DNA of 64,000 bases, from positions 1-64,000 of IMG/VR virus record IMGVR_UViG_3300015371_000021; one strand, given 5' to 3'. Under the pieces are notes generated by a model that saw only the letters and a list, made by a program, of their open reading frames with translations, did not search any database and was not told the origin of the DNA. Position 1 is the stretch's first letter. Each line of letters opens with the position of its first letter. Origin of the DNA: a virus. Below, piece by piece: positions 1 through 8,715 of this stretch. Made by a program: the position numbers and the translations under genes.

Positions 1-1707
1 CCATACAGAGAAGGAATGCAGAGTAAAGGCATTTACGTTGGAGGTCCCCCACATAATTCGGCAGTGCTGCAGATCGATAATCGATCCAGGAGAGTTGTTC
101 GCCTGACCCGGCGTGCTGCCGCCTCCATACAAGTTATAGCGGTGGCGCTGCGGAATGATCTCGATGTCATCGAAAAACATCGTTATGTAACCCTGCGTAG
201 TCGAGGTTGCCGGCACCCAGAGCCCAGCGTACTTATGCGGCTGATTGATGTTGGTGCCGGGCGGCAGATTGCATGTGCCGCTCTCGCCGGCAGTCAGCGC
301 GCTGTAGTCTTGACCCGCGCCATACCAATGGTGCCATCCTGAGTCGAACTCTGAGTTATCGCCGTCACGTTGAAACTCAAAAAAATCCCACTCTAGATTT
401 TGGTTATTATTCAGCTGCCCTAACCCAAAATTGCCATTGCTTTCGGCGGCATTTGTCCAGTACGCCGGCCAGCCATTGGAATGCGCCACAGTACCGGCGA
501 TCGATATTACCGCCTCAAAATACCCGCCACCGCCAAACGCCACGCCGGTATTTCCGGCGCACGTGTTCAGCTCGTCGTTGAACGGACTGGTGCCGCCGGG
601 AATCCGGATCGTGCCGTCGCCATTCTGCACGATGTTGCCGCCGGCACCTGGAGTTCGGAACACGTTGACTCCCAGCGTCACATTCGGTCCCGCCGTTCGC
701 CTGGTAAAGCCAACCGCAGCCGCCACAGCCGGCACCCCCGGCGGTGGAGGCGGCGGCGGAGGCGCCGTCGCACTAACCGGCACGTTGATTACCGTACTAT
801 TCGGCCCCTGCCCCGTCGTGTTAGTGGCAAAGCCCTGCACATTGTACGTCCCGGTGCTCAGCCCAGAAATGACGATCCCAGGCGTCACCAAGGGCGAGGT
901 CGTGCCAATGCTGGTCCAATTCAACGTTCCGGTAATCGTTCCTGTCAACGACCACACGTACCACGTGCCGCCAATATTCACGTGATACAGGTTGTTGCCG
1001 ACCAGCAGCGCCTGCCCGAGATTCCAGGCCCCGGTCCAGACGCCGTTCGCCATCAGCGCATTGACCTGCCCGCCCGCGCTCGGCACCACCGTGTAAACGT
1101 TACCGAAGCTGTCGGTGAACGACGGCGCGTTCAGCGTGGTGTAGCGCGCCGTCGTCGCGTTCAAATACGTCCCTGACGTGCTCAGCTTATACTGTACCTG
1201 ATAGACCCCGGCGTTCTGTGCACCCCCCGTCGTCGGCACGGTGTAGGCAACCGTGATCGAGTTAGACGTCGTTCCCGCCGAGGCCACCACAGGCGCCCCA
1301 GGCGCTCCAGCGGCAGGCGGAGGCGGTGGTGGAGGCGGCCCAGGCGGCGAAGTGCCACCCGCCAGCCCTGGATGAGAGAACGAAAACCGCGTCGAGGTAA
1401 CCGACGAGCCCGCCGGCAACGGCAGCCATGACCCGGTGTTGTTGTCGCGATATTCCAGGGTCGGCGCCACCGTCATGTTGCCGATCGACCCCGACACCTG
1501 AAACGGCGTGAGGGGCGCCTGGGTACCGATCGTATCGATCGCCAGCGTTTCGCCACCACACGCCGCATAGGCATCCGGGAATAGCAGGCCGCCGATGGTG
1601 CCTAGAAAAGAGTGCTGTATTTGATCGCGAGGACACGCCTCGACCGGGTCAGCGCCCAGGAACACCCCCGCGCCAATCCCGCCCAGCAGTCGCCGCCGCC
1701 TCAACAT
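1..1707 (-). CDS. Tat-signal exported protein: FN3-like domain + GH16 glycoside hydrolase (3' end runs off the window)
   Basis: Not in the ORF track because there is no stop in the window. Manual translation from ATG at 1707 (in-frame TGA upstream at 1731-1729) is open to base 1. It starts MLRRRRLLGGIGAGVFLGADPVEA, has poly-Pro linkers and an FN3-like SNSITVAYTVP...YNVQGFATNTTGQGPNS, then GYFEA..GWPAYW..EWDFFE (GH16 ExDxxE motif, nt 393-376), ..HKYAGLW..ITMFFDD..HSFSVW. Confidence 0.85.
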   Translation of the reverse strand, partial: MLRRRRLLGGIGAGVFLGADPVEACPRDQIQHSFLGTIGGLLFPDAYAACGGETLAIDTIGTQAPLTPFQVSGSIGNMTVAPTLEYRDNNTGSWLPLPAGSSVTSTRFSFSHPGLAGGTSPPGPPPPPPPPAAGAPGAPVVASAGTTSNSITVAYTVPTTGGAQNAGVYQVQYKLSTSGTYLNATTARYTTLNAPSFTDSFGNVYTVVPSAGGQVNALMANGVWTGAWNLGQALLVGNNLYHVNIGGTWYVWSLTGTITGTLNWTSIGTTSPLVTPGIVISGLSTGTYNVQGFATNTTGQGPNSTVINVPVSATAPPPPPPPPGVPAVAAAVGFTRRTAGPNVTLGVNVFRTPGAGGNIVQNGDGTIRIPGGTSPFNDELNTCAGNTGVAFGGGGYFEAVISIAGTVAHSNGWPAYWTNAAESNGNFGLGQLNNNQNLEWDFFEFQRDGDNSEFDSGWHHWYGAGQDYSALTAGESGTCNLPPGTNINQPHKYAGLWVPATSTTQGYITMFFDDIEIIPQRHRYNLYGGGSTPGQANNSPGSIIDLQHCRIMWGTSNVNAFTLHSFSVW

Positions 1708-1797
1708 TGCGCCCAAAGTCCCCGTATCTCAGGGACCCCATGCCACAATCAGGGGACGTTTCGCTACCCGTAGACGCTAAATGTGGGGGAGGGGCGG

Positions 1798-2004
1798 TTA
1801 GGGGGCGTTATCGTTCACCGCCGCGTCGATCATCGCCTGCCACATCGCCACAATCAGATCGCGATTGCCGATCCATGACGCTACCGCGTCGATCATCACC
1901 GGATCAGGCTCGCGCGCCGCCTGCAGCGCCTCCCGCGCGCACTGCCGATAGTCACCCCAGTCCGCATCCTCGATCGCCGCCGCTACGCGCGCTAAGAGCT
2001 TCAC
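1798..2004 (-). CDS. hypothetical phage protein
   Basis: GTG start overlaps the endolysin stop; MKLLARVAAAIE...AREPDPVM...WQAMIDAA. Confidence 0.6.
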   Translation of the reverse strand: MKLLARVAAAIEDADWGDYRQCAREALQAAREPDPVMIDAVASWIGNRDLIVAMWQAMIDAAVNDNAP

Positions 2005-2606
2005 GGCACGTCCGACGGCGCTGGCGGGACCCCTAGCCCCTCCAAGCCCAAAGATGGGGGCGGGGGCGCCAACGAGTGCACAAACTGTGGCGCAGGCCAA
2101 ATGCTAGGCGCTGCGGCCACCGGTGCCGGCGGTGACGCCGGCGCGGGCTTAACCACGCCCACCGCCTTCTGATAGTTCCCCGGCCAGTCCGCCGGACGCC
2201 GCTTTCCTGGCTTCCACAGCCGCAGGTAATACTCCCATGCCGCGTCCTGCTCGCCGATCGCCGGCAGCGGGTCAGGGTCGCTCCACAGCAGCAGCCGACC
2301 AAATGCGCACGCCACCGGGTCGTGATATTGCAGTGCAGCAAAGGCTGAGGCCACGGGTATGTCGTTGGTGTCCAGCACCTGCCGCGCCAGATGCGGCAGC
2401 TTCTGCATCACCTCCGCCACTCCAATCCGCTCGAATTGCAAGTAGCTCAGCGCCGTGCCTTGTCCCAGCTGCTTACGAGCTGCCCAATTGGTCTCCTGCC
2501 CGGCGATCGCCACCAGCATCACCCGCGCCTCATCGCGCGTCATATACCCCGGCAGCAACGCCAGCCCAGGCTCGACGCAGCGCTCTAGGAAGAGGAGGGG
2601 GGTCAT
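2001..2606 (-). CDS. putative endolysin (lysozyme-like fold) with Pro-rich tail
   Basis: AIAGQET...ARKQ...ALSYLQFE...ACAFGRLLLWSDPDPLP...AWEYYLRLWKPGK pattern typical of a phage lysozyme-like family. Confidence 0.6.
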   Translation of the reverse strand: MTPLLFLERCVEPGLALLPGYMTRDEARVMLVAIAGQETNWAARKQLGQGTALSYLQFERIGVAEVMQKLPHLARQVLDTNDIPVASAFAALQYHDPVACAFGRLLLWSDPDPLPAIGEQDAAWEYYLRLWKPGKRRPADWPGNYQKAVGVVKPAPASPPAPVAAAPSIWPAPQFVHSLAPPPPSLGLEGLGVPPAPSDVP

Positions 2607-3700
2607 AGAGAACCACCGCCAATCACATTACCCGAACCCGTATTGATCACCGGGTTTTTGACATCGCTGTAAACATTGGACTGCACATTGTTCCCCTTGG
2701 ACGTGGCCTGCAGCACCACACCAGCCCGCAAAGTGCTGAAGCTATTACCGGTAATAGCTACCCCAGCCCCCGAATTGCTGTAAACCACGACACCATAAGC
2801 GCGCTCAAGTTCATTGAACCCCGAGAAACAGTTCCCCACGACCGCTCCACGATGCGTCTCGATCAGATTCAGTCCAACCGCCTGTCCAGACTTGGGGCCA
2901 GGAATAAATACTACGTTCCCGCTGAAGGTCAGGTCAGGAATGAAGGTGGCCGTATTGACCGCGGCAACCGTGCAGTTGAATTGCGAGGCACTTATGCTCA
3001 GCTGATCCAGCCCAGTTAAGCCGGCTACAGCATCGACCCCCACCATACAGCCAGTGAAATTCCCAGCAGTGATCGACACCCCCTGAACGTAGTCTCCATA
3101 CTCAACACCAGCGTTCAAGTAATTGAATGTGCAGCCGCTTAGGTTATAGACCACCGGCGGAAGAACCTCACTGCCGCGCACCAACAACCCCGTCCCTTGT
3201 GCCAGGGCGTTGCCGGTCACCATTACGTTGCTCAGATTCACATTCGACACATAATGAAGGTCTATACCGTACGACCAGTAGTTCGCTGCAGCTGGGGCAT
3301 CGGTGCCGCTCACCCACACGTTGCTGATGTCCGATAGCTCAGTATTGCCAGGGTTGGGGATGGCATTGGCGGAATTGAACAGCTTGATAGCCGCGTTGCC
3401 TGTGCCAGTTGCGCCCCCCAGCACGCTGAAGTCCCTCAGGTGCACCGAATGAAACTGATCCGACACGGTAAACCTAAAACCAGCATTGTCAGGGAACTGA
3501 AAGATCGTGTTGCGCACGCCAGCGCCAAACATGTGTAGGCGTCCGGTCCCGGTGATCGGCGCTGTGCAGACGTAGGTTCCAGACGGAACAAGGAGGGTTT
3601 GGTTATCCTTTAGACACACACGGACTGCCGCCTGAATAGCCACTGTATCGTCGGTCGAGCCGTCTCCCCTGGCCCCAAAGTTACCGACCGTGACGCTCAC
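2603..3700 (-). CDS. right-handed beta-helix protein (pectate lyase 3 / tailspike depolymerase-like)
   Basis: N-terminal VGNFGARGDGSTDDTVAIQAA...LLVPSGTY motif followed by Asn-rich beta-helix repeats; GTG start overlaps the upstream stop. Confidence 0.8.
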   Translation of the reverse strand: MSVTVGNFGARGDGSTDDTVAIQAAVRVCLKDNQTLLVPSGTYVCTAPITGTGRLHMFGAGVRNTIFQFPDNAGFRFTVSDQFHSVHLRDFSVLGGATGTGNAAIKLFNSANAIPNPGNTELSDISNVWVSGTDAPAAANYWSYGIDLHYVSNVNLSNVMVTGNALAQGTGLLVRGSEVLPPVVYNLSGCTFNYLNAGVEYGDYVQGVSITAGNFTGCMVGVDAVAGLTGLDQLSISASQFNCTVAAVNTATFIPDLTFSGNVVFIPGPKSGQAVGLNLIETHRGAVVGNCFSGFNELERAYGVVVYSNSGAGVAITGNSFSTLRAGVVLQATSKGNNVQSNVYSDVKNPVINTGSGNVIGGGSL

Positions 3701-4245
3701 CGCAGCGGCGCCTCGCCCAAAATCCAACACACCAACGACCAGCGCTCGCCCGACGTCACCGGCAAAGCCCGGTGCAGCATCATCGACGAAAACAGCGCCA
3801 TGTCCCCTCGCCTTAATTCCACCCGATCTCCCCCGACCTCCAGCCCGCCGCCTTCATAACTCTCGGGATCGGTCAGCTCGATAGACACGGAAATCTTCCG
3901 CCGGCTCATCGGCCCCGCGCCGATATCCACATGATTGCGATACTCCTGTCCCACGCCATACCGCGTCAGCTGCCCCGACCGGATCGGCTGAATGTCGTAC
4001 CAATACTTGGCATTGTATTCGTCGACGCGGGCGTTGATCCGATCGAACACCCACCCCGCGCCCTGCTCAGCATACAGCCACCGAATGCCGCTGTCCCTGA
4101 TCTGCTCCCCAGTATGGCGGTGCAGCACCGACCGATGCTCCGGCAGCGCCTCTGCCATCTCCAAGATGGCGCGGCATTCCAGCGCGGAAAACGCACCGTG
4201 CGAAACTTCGGAGTAGAAGAACTGATCCCACTCATGCATCAGCAA
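3697..4245 (-). CDS. 2OG-Fe(II) oxygenase (PKHD/prolyl hydroxylase-like)
   Basis: HxD (HVD)...YEGGGL...H(RALPVTSG)..RWSLVCW facial triad and RxS motif. Confidence 0.85.
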   Translation of the reverse strand: MLMHEWDQFFYSEVSHGAFSALECRAILEMAEALPEHRSVLHRHTGEQIRDSGIRWLYAEQGAGWVFDRINARVDEYNAKYWYDIQPIRSGQLTRYGVGQEYRNHVDIGAGPMSRRKISVSIELTDPESYEGGGLEVGGDRVELRRGDMALFSSMMLHRALPVTSGERWSLVCWILGEAPLR

Positions 4246-4438
4246 TCATCCCCATCACGAAACCAACCGCCCCAACCACAGTCACAGGAATGATCACCAC
4301 AGCAATCAGCCACGGGCTAACGCCCAGCCGAAACTGCGCATAGACGCAGCACATCGCCAGCAACATACTCATCGCATACAGCGCACAAAACATGACGACG
4401 AACCGCAGCAAAACCGCCACCGTGTCCCATTCGTTCAT
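4232..4438 (-). CDS. small two-TM membrane protein
   Basis: Two hydrophobic stretches; overlaps the downstream start. Confidence 0.6.
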   Translation of the reverse strand: MNEWDTVAVLLRFVVMFCALYAMSMLLAMCCVYAQFRLGVSPWLIAVVIIPVTVVGAVGFVMGMIADA

Positions 4439-4480
4439 TTGTAGCCCCCAGAGGGGCCTAGCCGATGCGCCCGCGTCGGA

Positions 4481-4711
4481 TCAAGTCAGGCGGTCAGGCG
4501 TAGGGCATGTGCCCAACCATGCTGCCACATGCTGGTGCCCCGCAGTGCCCAGCGATCCTGCCACATGCTGGTGCCCCGCAGTGCCCAGCGATCCTGCCGC
4601 ATGGGAATAGTCCCCCATGTATTGCTGCTGCCCCGCATACATCTCCCGCCACCACAGCGGCCCCCGGTCTTCCTGCCAACCGTCCGGTTTGGTCGTATTT
4701 TCATCGGTCAT
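4481..4711 (-). CDS. hypothetical protein with 12-aa tandem duplication
   Basis: MTDENTT..., AGSLGTAGHQHV x2. Confidence 0.45.
   Translation of the reverse strand: MTDENTTKPDGWQEDRGPLWWREMYAGQQQYMGDYSHAAGSLGTAGHQHVAGSLGTAGHQHVAAWLGTCPTPDRLT
4522..4603. repeat. 36-bp perfect tandem duplication
   Basis: ctgccacatgctggtgccccgcagtgcccagcgatc x2 plus a partial third copy. Confidence 0.95.
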
Positions 4712-4895
4712 GCTGATTGTCCTGCGAAGTGTAGTATCCGCCACGAAGGGCGGCGATTGCTTCTGATGCAGCTTCTAGGAAGTCAGACCACTCTGGGTTC
4801 GGCGGAAGGTTCGCAGCAATTGCACGAGCTACGCGATCAATCTCCGCAGCGTCCAATTCGGCCTCCGTCCAGCGGGTCGTCTGCTCATTAGCCAT
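4701..4895 (-). CDS. hypothetical protein
   Basis: ORF with GGAGG RBS in a run of small minus-strand genes. Confidence 0.6.
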   Translation of the reverse strand: MANEQTTRWTEAELDAAEIDRVARAIAANLPPNPEWSDFLEAASEAIAALRGGYYTSQDNQHDR

Positions 4896-5194
4896 CCTGA
4901 TCCTCCACCAGCGGAACCGTCACCCATATTAGCCGCCCATCGCGGTCGCGAATGCGTTGCTGAAGCCGAGGCCAGCGTTCAGGGCCAATCCAGCGCAGAG
5001 CCCCCTCTCTTTGCAGGATTCGGTCCATACTCTCCAGCAGCCCCTCGGTCGTTTCGTTATTCGCCATTTAGATGTTCCTCCCGCTTGCCAAACCTCATCC
5101 ACAGCCAAAATACCGGAATATCAGGCGAACCTGGTTGTTTGCCCGCTCCACTTCGAGGCGAGGTGGGGTCGTTTGGGATGTGGGTTTCTGATCG

Positions 5195-5428
5195 TCACTC
5201 ACCGACCACCTCCATCGCCTGCTCGATAGCTTCAAGCTGATCGGCTGCATCCAACACTTCAGTCAACGCCTCCTCGCAATACTTCAACTCACCGTCGAAC
5301 TCCGCCATGAGACGCGAGAGGTGCTTGGCAGCCATGAGAGTGCGGGAGCGTGCCTTCGAGAGAGCGCGCTCAGCTTCGGCGGCCCACTCCGGGGTGCCGG
5401 GAGTAAGTGTCGTTTGCTTATCCCCCAT
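5195..5428 (-). CDS. hypothetical helical protein
   Basis: GGAGG RBS, MGDKQTTLTPG... Confidence 0.6.
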   Translation of the reverse strand: MGDKQTTLTPGTPEWAAEAERALSKARSRTLMAAKHLSRLMAEFDGELKYCEEALTEVLDAADQLEAIEQAMEVVGE

Positions 5429-5621
5429 GCTGATCCTCCAGTCTCGTGCGTCGCCGAATGAACTGTGCCCTGCTGAGACCCACAGCACGCGCTCCAGCCC
5501 CAGTTCCCAGCGTCATAAACTTGCGTATCTTGTCGTCAGATACCGTCACCGGCCGACCAGGAAGGCGACCCTTTTTGGCAGCCTTACGCATGCCATCCAA
5601 CGTTTTCTTGCTGCGCGACAT
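5418..5621 (-). CDS. stand-alone resolvase/invertase-type HTH DNA-binding protein
   Basis: KTLDGMRKAAKKGRLPGRP arm + GARAVGLSRAQF HTH resembles the C-terminal part of serine resolvases; no catalytic domain. Confidence 0.55.
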   Translation of the reverse strand: MSRSKKTLDGMRKAAKKGRLPGRPVTVSDDKIRKFMTLGTGAGARAVGLSRAQFIRRRTRLEDQHGG

Positions 5622-5651
5622 CGCTGATTTATACACTCCGCAAACTAAGCG

Positions 5652-5685
5652 TTGACAGGGTATAGTAAAGGTCTCATATTGTCAA
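5652..5685. promoter_or_regulatory. overlapping bidirectional sigma70-type promoters
   Basis: Plus strand: TTGACA(5652)-17nt-CATATT. Minus strand: TTGACA(5685)-17nt-TACCCT. Lies between divergent genes. Confidence 0.7.
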
Positions 5686-5720
5686 TCAGGAAGGCTAGTA
5701 GGAAACCCCGGATAGAAGCC

Positions 5721-5897
5721 ATGGACCCCTTTGAGACAATTTCCGAAGTCTTCATTGAGACGCGGCGTATTGCCCTAGAACAGGCTATTGCGGCCTGTGA
5801 AAAAGAGCGCGTATCTGACCCGGATAACGCAGATGACGATACGTATAACCGAGCTATCGGTCATTGCGTGGATGCCATACGCGGACTGATGGCCTAA
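5721..5897 (+). CDS. hypothetical protein
   Basis: MDPFETISEVF...YNRAIGHCVDAIR downstream of the promoter. Confidence 0.6.
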   Translation: MDPFETISEVFIETRRIALEQAIAACEKERVSDPDNADDDTYNRAIGHCVDAIRGLMA

Positions 5898-5904
5898 ACC
5901 CCAA

Positions 5905-5994
5905 TTTGCGATGAGCGCGCGTGAGCATCGCAGATCGTGGCCGGAGCGTAGTCCGGCAATTGGCGGGGCGTCAGCGCACGCAGGCGTCCCGCCA
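5905..5994 (+). other. three consecutive RNA hairpins (structured leader)
   Basis: atttgcgatg/catcgcagat; gccgga/tccggc; tggcggggcg/cgtcccgcca. Confidence 0.6.
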
Positions 5995-6023
5995 CATGAA
6001 AGCAAACCCCCGAAAGGAAGCCG

Positions 6024-6104
6024 GTGAAAGACATAGTGTTCATAATGGCGTTGCTAAGTCTTCTGTTTCTCGGCTACCTCGGCGGCGCCGGATACATTCA
6101 CTAA
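6024..6104 (+). CDS. 26-aa hydrophobic peptide
   Basis: AAAGGAAG RBS, GTG start, MKDIVFIMALLSLLFLGYLGGAGYIH*. Confidence 0.55.
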   Translation: MKDIVFIMALLSLLFLGYLGGAGYIH

Positions 6105-6123
6105 ACCCCGGATAGGAACAGAG

Positions 6124-7041
6124 ATGAATATCATAACTTGGCCATATGTCCTGCGTCGCGGTCATAACGACAACCCAGCTGGTGGCGCGTGTGCAATGGA
6201 TGCAGTGAACTGGCTAGTGCACGGTAAACATGGTGATACACCAGAATGCGCCTGCCCCGTCATTACATCTTATGTCATTCGCGGAAACGACGCGATGCCA
6301 GATGACGTACGGCAAAACCTATTGCCGTACTTGCACCGAATCGCGGGTAGTCGCAGCAAGACGCATCAAGTTGCGCGAACACGCATTCTTGCTCTCGGCG
6401 CATTGCGTGTATGTGCCCCACGTGCATTGGACTTGGCTGGCTTACACGATCATGCAGCCACGCTACGGAGTTTGCCTGACAACGTAGACATAACGGCGGC
6501 AGTGGTAAAATGCCTAGCGGCCGTCAGGCCGGCGCGAAGAAGGGCAAAGGCGACGGCAAAGACGAATACAGAAGCAGCAGCAGCGCGCATAAGGGCCGAG
6601 ACGACGGCATGGATGGTAACGAAGACAGCAGCGGCGGCATGGGCAGAGGCGGCGCGGACAATGACGGAGGCAGAAGAAACGAAGGCGTGGACGATGACGA
6701 TGACAACAGCAGAGGCGGCGGATGCAGCGAAGGCGACGGCAGAGACAATAACAGATATAGCAGCATGGACAGCATTGAAAGCGGCGGAAATAGCAGCAAC
6801 AATGGTGGATACAGTGGTGGATGCAGTGGTGGATGCAGCGGCATGGGAGATGGAGGCGTGGGGCGACTACTTCGTTATCCTAAACGCGGTGCTTAATGCT
6901 GGCCCCCAAGGCGAGCCGTGGAGCGCTGATCAGATCGAAATAGGCAGCGCCCTATACCGATCCGCCAATGGCGCCGCCAACATTGGCTCAATGCTCAGTC
7001 TCGGCGATGCTACCCGCCCACACGACGGACAAATCTTCTAA
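6124..7041 (+). CDS. phage protein with conserved Cys/His N-terminus and Ala/Thr-rich variable middle (paralog of 20865..21674)
   Basis: Shares NPAGGACAM.AVNWLVHGKH.D.P.CACPV and DYFV.L..VLNAGPQGEPWSAD with the paralog. Confidence 0.8.
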   Translation: MNIITWPYVLRRGHNDNPAGGACAMDAVNWLVHGKHGDTPECACPVITSYVIRGNDAMPDDVRQNLLPYLHRIAGSRSKTHQVARTRILALGALRVCAPRALDLAGLHDHAATLRSLPDNVDITAAVVKCLAAVRPARRRAKATAKTNTEAAAARIRAETTAWMVTKTAAAAWAEAARTMTEAEETKAWTMTMTTAEAADAAKATAETITDIAAWTALKAAEIAATMVDTVVDAVVDAAAWEMEAWGDYFVILNAVLNAGPQGEPWSADQIEIGSALYRSANGAANIGSMLSLGDATRPHDGQIF

Positions 7042-7236
7042 CTGCTCCAGCAAAATCTCAAGTATCTGCGCCGTGTATGGCTCAAAGTCGCTCCCATAGC
7101 CCGCCTTCAGCCCAGCCACTAACAACGTAGCCAACGCAGCCACCACGTCATCCCATGACTGGCCACAACATAGCTCATTCAGCCTCATGCCCAGCTCTAC
7201 AATCTCGCCGACCTCTAGAGGAATATCGTCAGCCAC
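6988..7236 (-). CDS. hypothetical protein
   Basis: ORF coupled to the upstream gene. Confidence 0.5.
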   Translation of the reverse strand: MADDIPLEVGEIVELGMRLNELCCGQSWDDVVAALATLLVAGLKAGYGSDFEPYTAQILEILLEQLEDLSVVWAGSIAETEH

Positions 7237-7429
7237 CGCCGTCCAAACCCTCTATCGCAATCTCCAGCATATCGGCACAGTCGCGAATGGACTCGTCGCC
7301 TTGCTCGTCAGCGCACTTGCGCATCGCCGCAATGGCCGTCCGATACCCATTGTAAAAACTCATGTGCACCATCGGCTGAATACAACACTCCCAGTGCTCG
7401 CTTAGGTCTGGCTTGTGCCAAGCCATCAC
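7229..7429 (-). CDS. hypothetical protein
   Basis: ORF in an overlapping minus-strand gene chain. Confidence 0.55.
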   Translation of the reverse strand: MMAWHKPDLSEHWECCIQPMVHMSFYNGYRTAIAAMRKCADEQGDESIRDCADMLEIAIEGLDGGG

Positions 7430-7926
7430 GACCCGATCGCCCGCCGCAATGCGTCCCCGGCGTCTGCCCGATCCAAGCCCTCACGCAAGCGCTGGCGATT
7501 AGGTCGCGATACCGTCTGCTCGCTCAGGTCTTTCAGCACGCGCTCGATCGCCTGGCCGCCGTCCTTGTCCTCAGAGTCGGCCACCAAAAGCAGCTGGGCT
7601 TCCATATTGCCGACCTGCTGCCGACGTATTTCAAGCTCCGCCTCTAGCGCCAAGATGCGCCGGTTGGCCAACTCGTTCTGCGCCGACGCGGTGACCAGCG
7701 CGGTGTTCAGGTCGCCGATCGTGTTATCACGCCGGCAGATGATGTGCTCTTGGTGCGCGACCAAGCGCTTCATCGCATCCAGGGTGTTGGCCTCAACCTG
7801 CTCGGGATTATAGGTGAATTGATTCGCCTGCTCCGCGTCCCATACAGTGTCGGTGCGCCCAGGCTCGACTCGGACGTCCTCGATAATCAGCGTCCTACCG
7901 TGCTCGTCCTCTTTATAAGTCGTCAT
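7426..7926 (-). CDS. hypothetical coiled-coil protein
   Basis: RBS, heptad-rich middle. Confidence 0.65.
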   Translation of the reverse strand: MTTYKEDEHGRTLIIEDVRVEPGRTDTVWDAEQANQFTYNPEQVEANTLDAMKRLVAHQEHIICRRDNTIGDLNTALVTASAQNELANRRILALEAELEIRRQQVGNMEAQLLLVADSEDKDGGQAIERVLKDLSEQTVSRPNRQRLREGLDRADAGDALRRAIGS

Positions 7927-8075
7927 TCCTTCCCCCCCTCCGCCAGATGCTCACGCAGCTCGCGAATACGCTCCTCGATCGCTTCATGCACATAGGTGCC
8001 GGCGGCGGTCTGCCGCAACGCTATCAGCAACGTCAGCAGCGTTCGCATAAGCAACGCGACCTCCGCAGGTGTCAT
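7923..8075 (-). CDS. hypothetical protein
   Basis: MTPAEVALLMRTLL..., ATGA overlap with the next gene. Confidence 0.5.
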   Translation of the reverse strand: MTPAEVALLMRTLLTLLIALRQTAAGTYVHEAIEERIRELREHLAEGGKE

Positions 8076-8136
8076 TTGTTCGTTCCCTGTTCTACGTCCG
8101 ATAAGTGACCATTTTCGGACCCTTGCGGTGCAGCGT

Positions 8137-8715
8137 TCACGCCAGCGCCACGAACCCGAACGCCCCAGCATCATCCGCCCGGCCAGCGAGGCCGCCGGCA
8201 AACAGGACCATAGACGTCCAACCAGGATAATGCACCGACAGATCAGGTCGCGCCCAGATGCCCACGCCGTAGCGTGCAGCACACTCCTTTGCGGTCGCGC
8301 ATATCCCCGAATGCAACTCAGCATCGAGCGCGCGGCTCTCCCGTGGCCATAGATTATATGGATGCGCGATAATCAGAGTGTTCTTGAACGAACTCGGGCC
8401 GCGCGCGCCAAGCTGCCGATAGTGCTTCCAATGGTCCAACAGATCATGGTGATTGCCGGCAATGAACTCGCGATAGTATCCGCGCCTCACATAAAGGCCG
8501 CGCCCAGTTTCCCGCCACTCACCACCGAGAATGCGCGGCAGCATCTCTCGCGCATAGCAATTGCGGACACACTTCTCACTCTCGAGGTTAGCCTCGCATG
8601 CCTCACGATAAGCGCGGCGCGATACAGGGTCCGTAGGATGGGGCGCCGCCTGCAGCGCCTTAAAAGCCACCTCGCGACGCTCCATCGCGCCGTCGAGGGC
8701 GGAGTATTGCGTCAC
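8137..8715 (-). CDS. hypothetical protein
   Basis: 192-aa ORF coupled by GTGA overlap. Confidence 0.6.
   Translation of the reverse strand: MTQYSALDGAMERREVAFKALQAAPHPTDPVSRRAYREACEANLESEKCVRNCYAREMLPRILGGEWRETGRGLYVRRGYYREFIAGNHHDLLDHWKHYRQLGARGPSSFKNTLIIAHPYNLWPRESRALDAELHSGICATAKECAARYGVGIWARPDLSVHYPGWTSMVLFAGGLAGRADDAGAFGFVALA

Noticed and set aside
431-1636. ORF-track entries 431-985, 481-1176 and 1262-1636
   Set aside because: They are shadows or alternate frames of the real minus-strand gene 1707 to <1.
4522-4603. CRISPR-like 36-bp repeat
   Set aside because: Copies are directly adjacent with no spacers and in frame within a CDS; no cas genes.
5891-6030. c-di-GMP-I riboswitch or hammerhead-like fragments (GGCCTAAACC, GCAAAC..GAAA, GATGAG)
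   Set aside because: The elements are in the wrong order, P2 pairing is poor, and there is no CTGATGA core.
5418-7041. Invertible segment driven by a serine invertase
   Set aside because: Only an HTH fragment without a catalytic domain, and no flanking inverted repeats seen around the plus-strand cassette.
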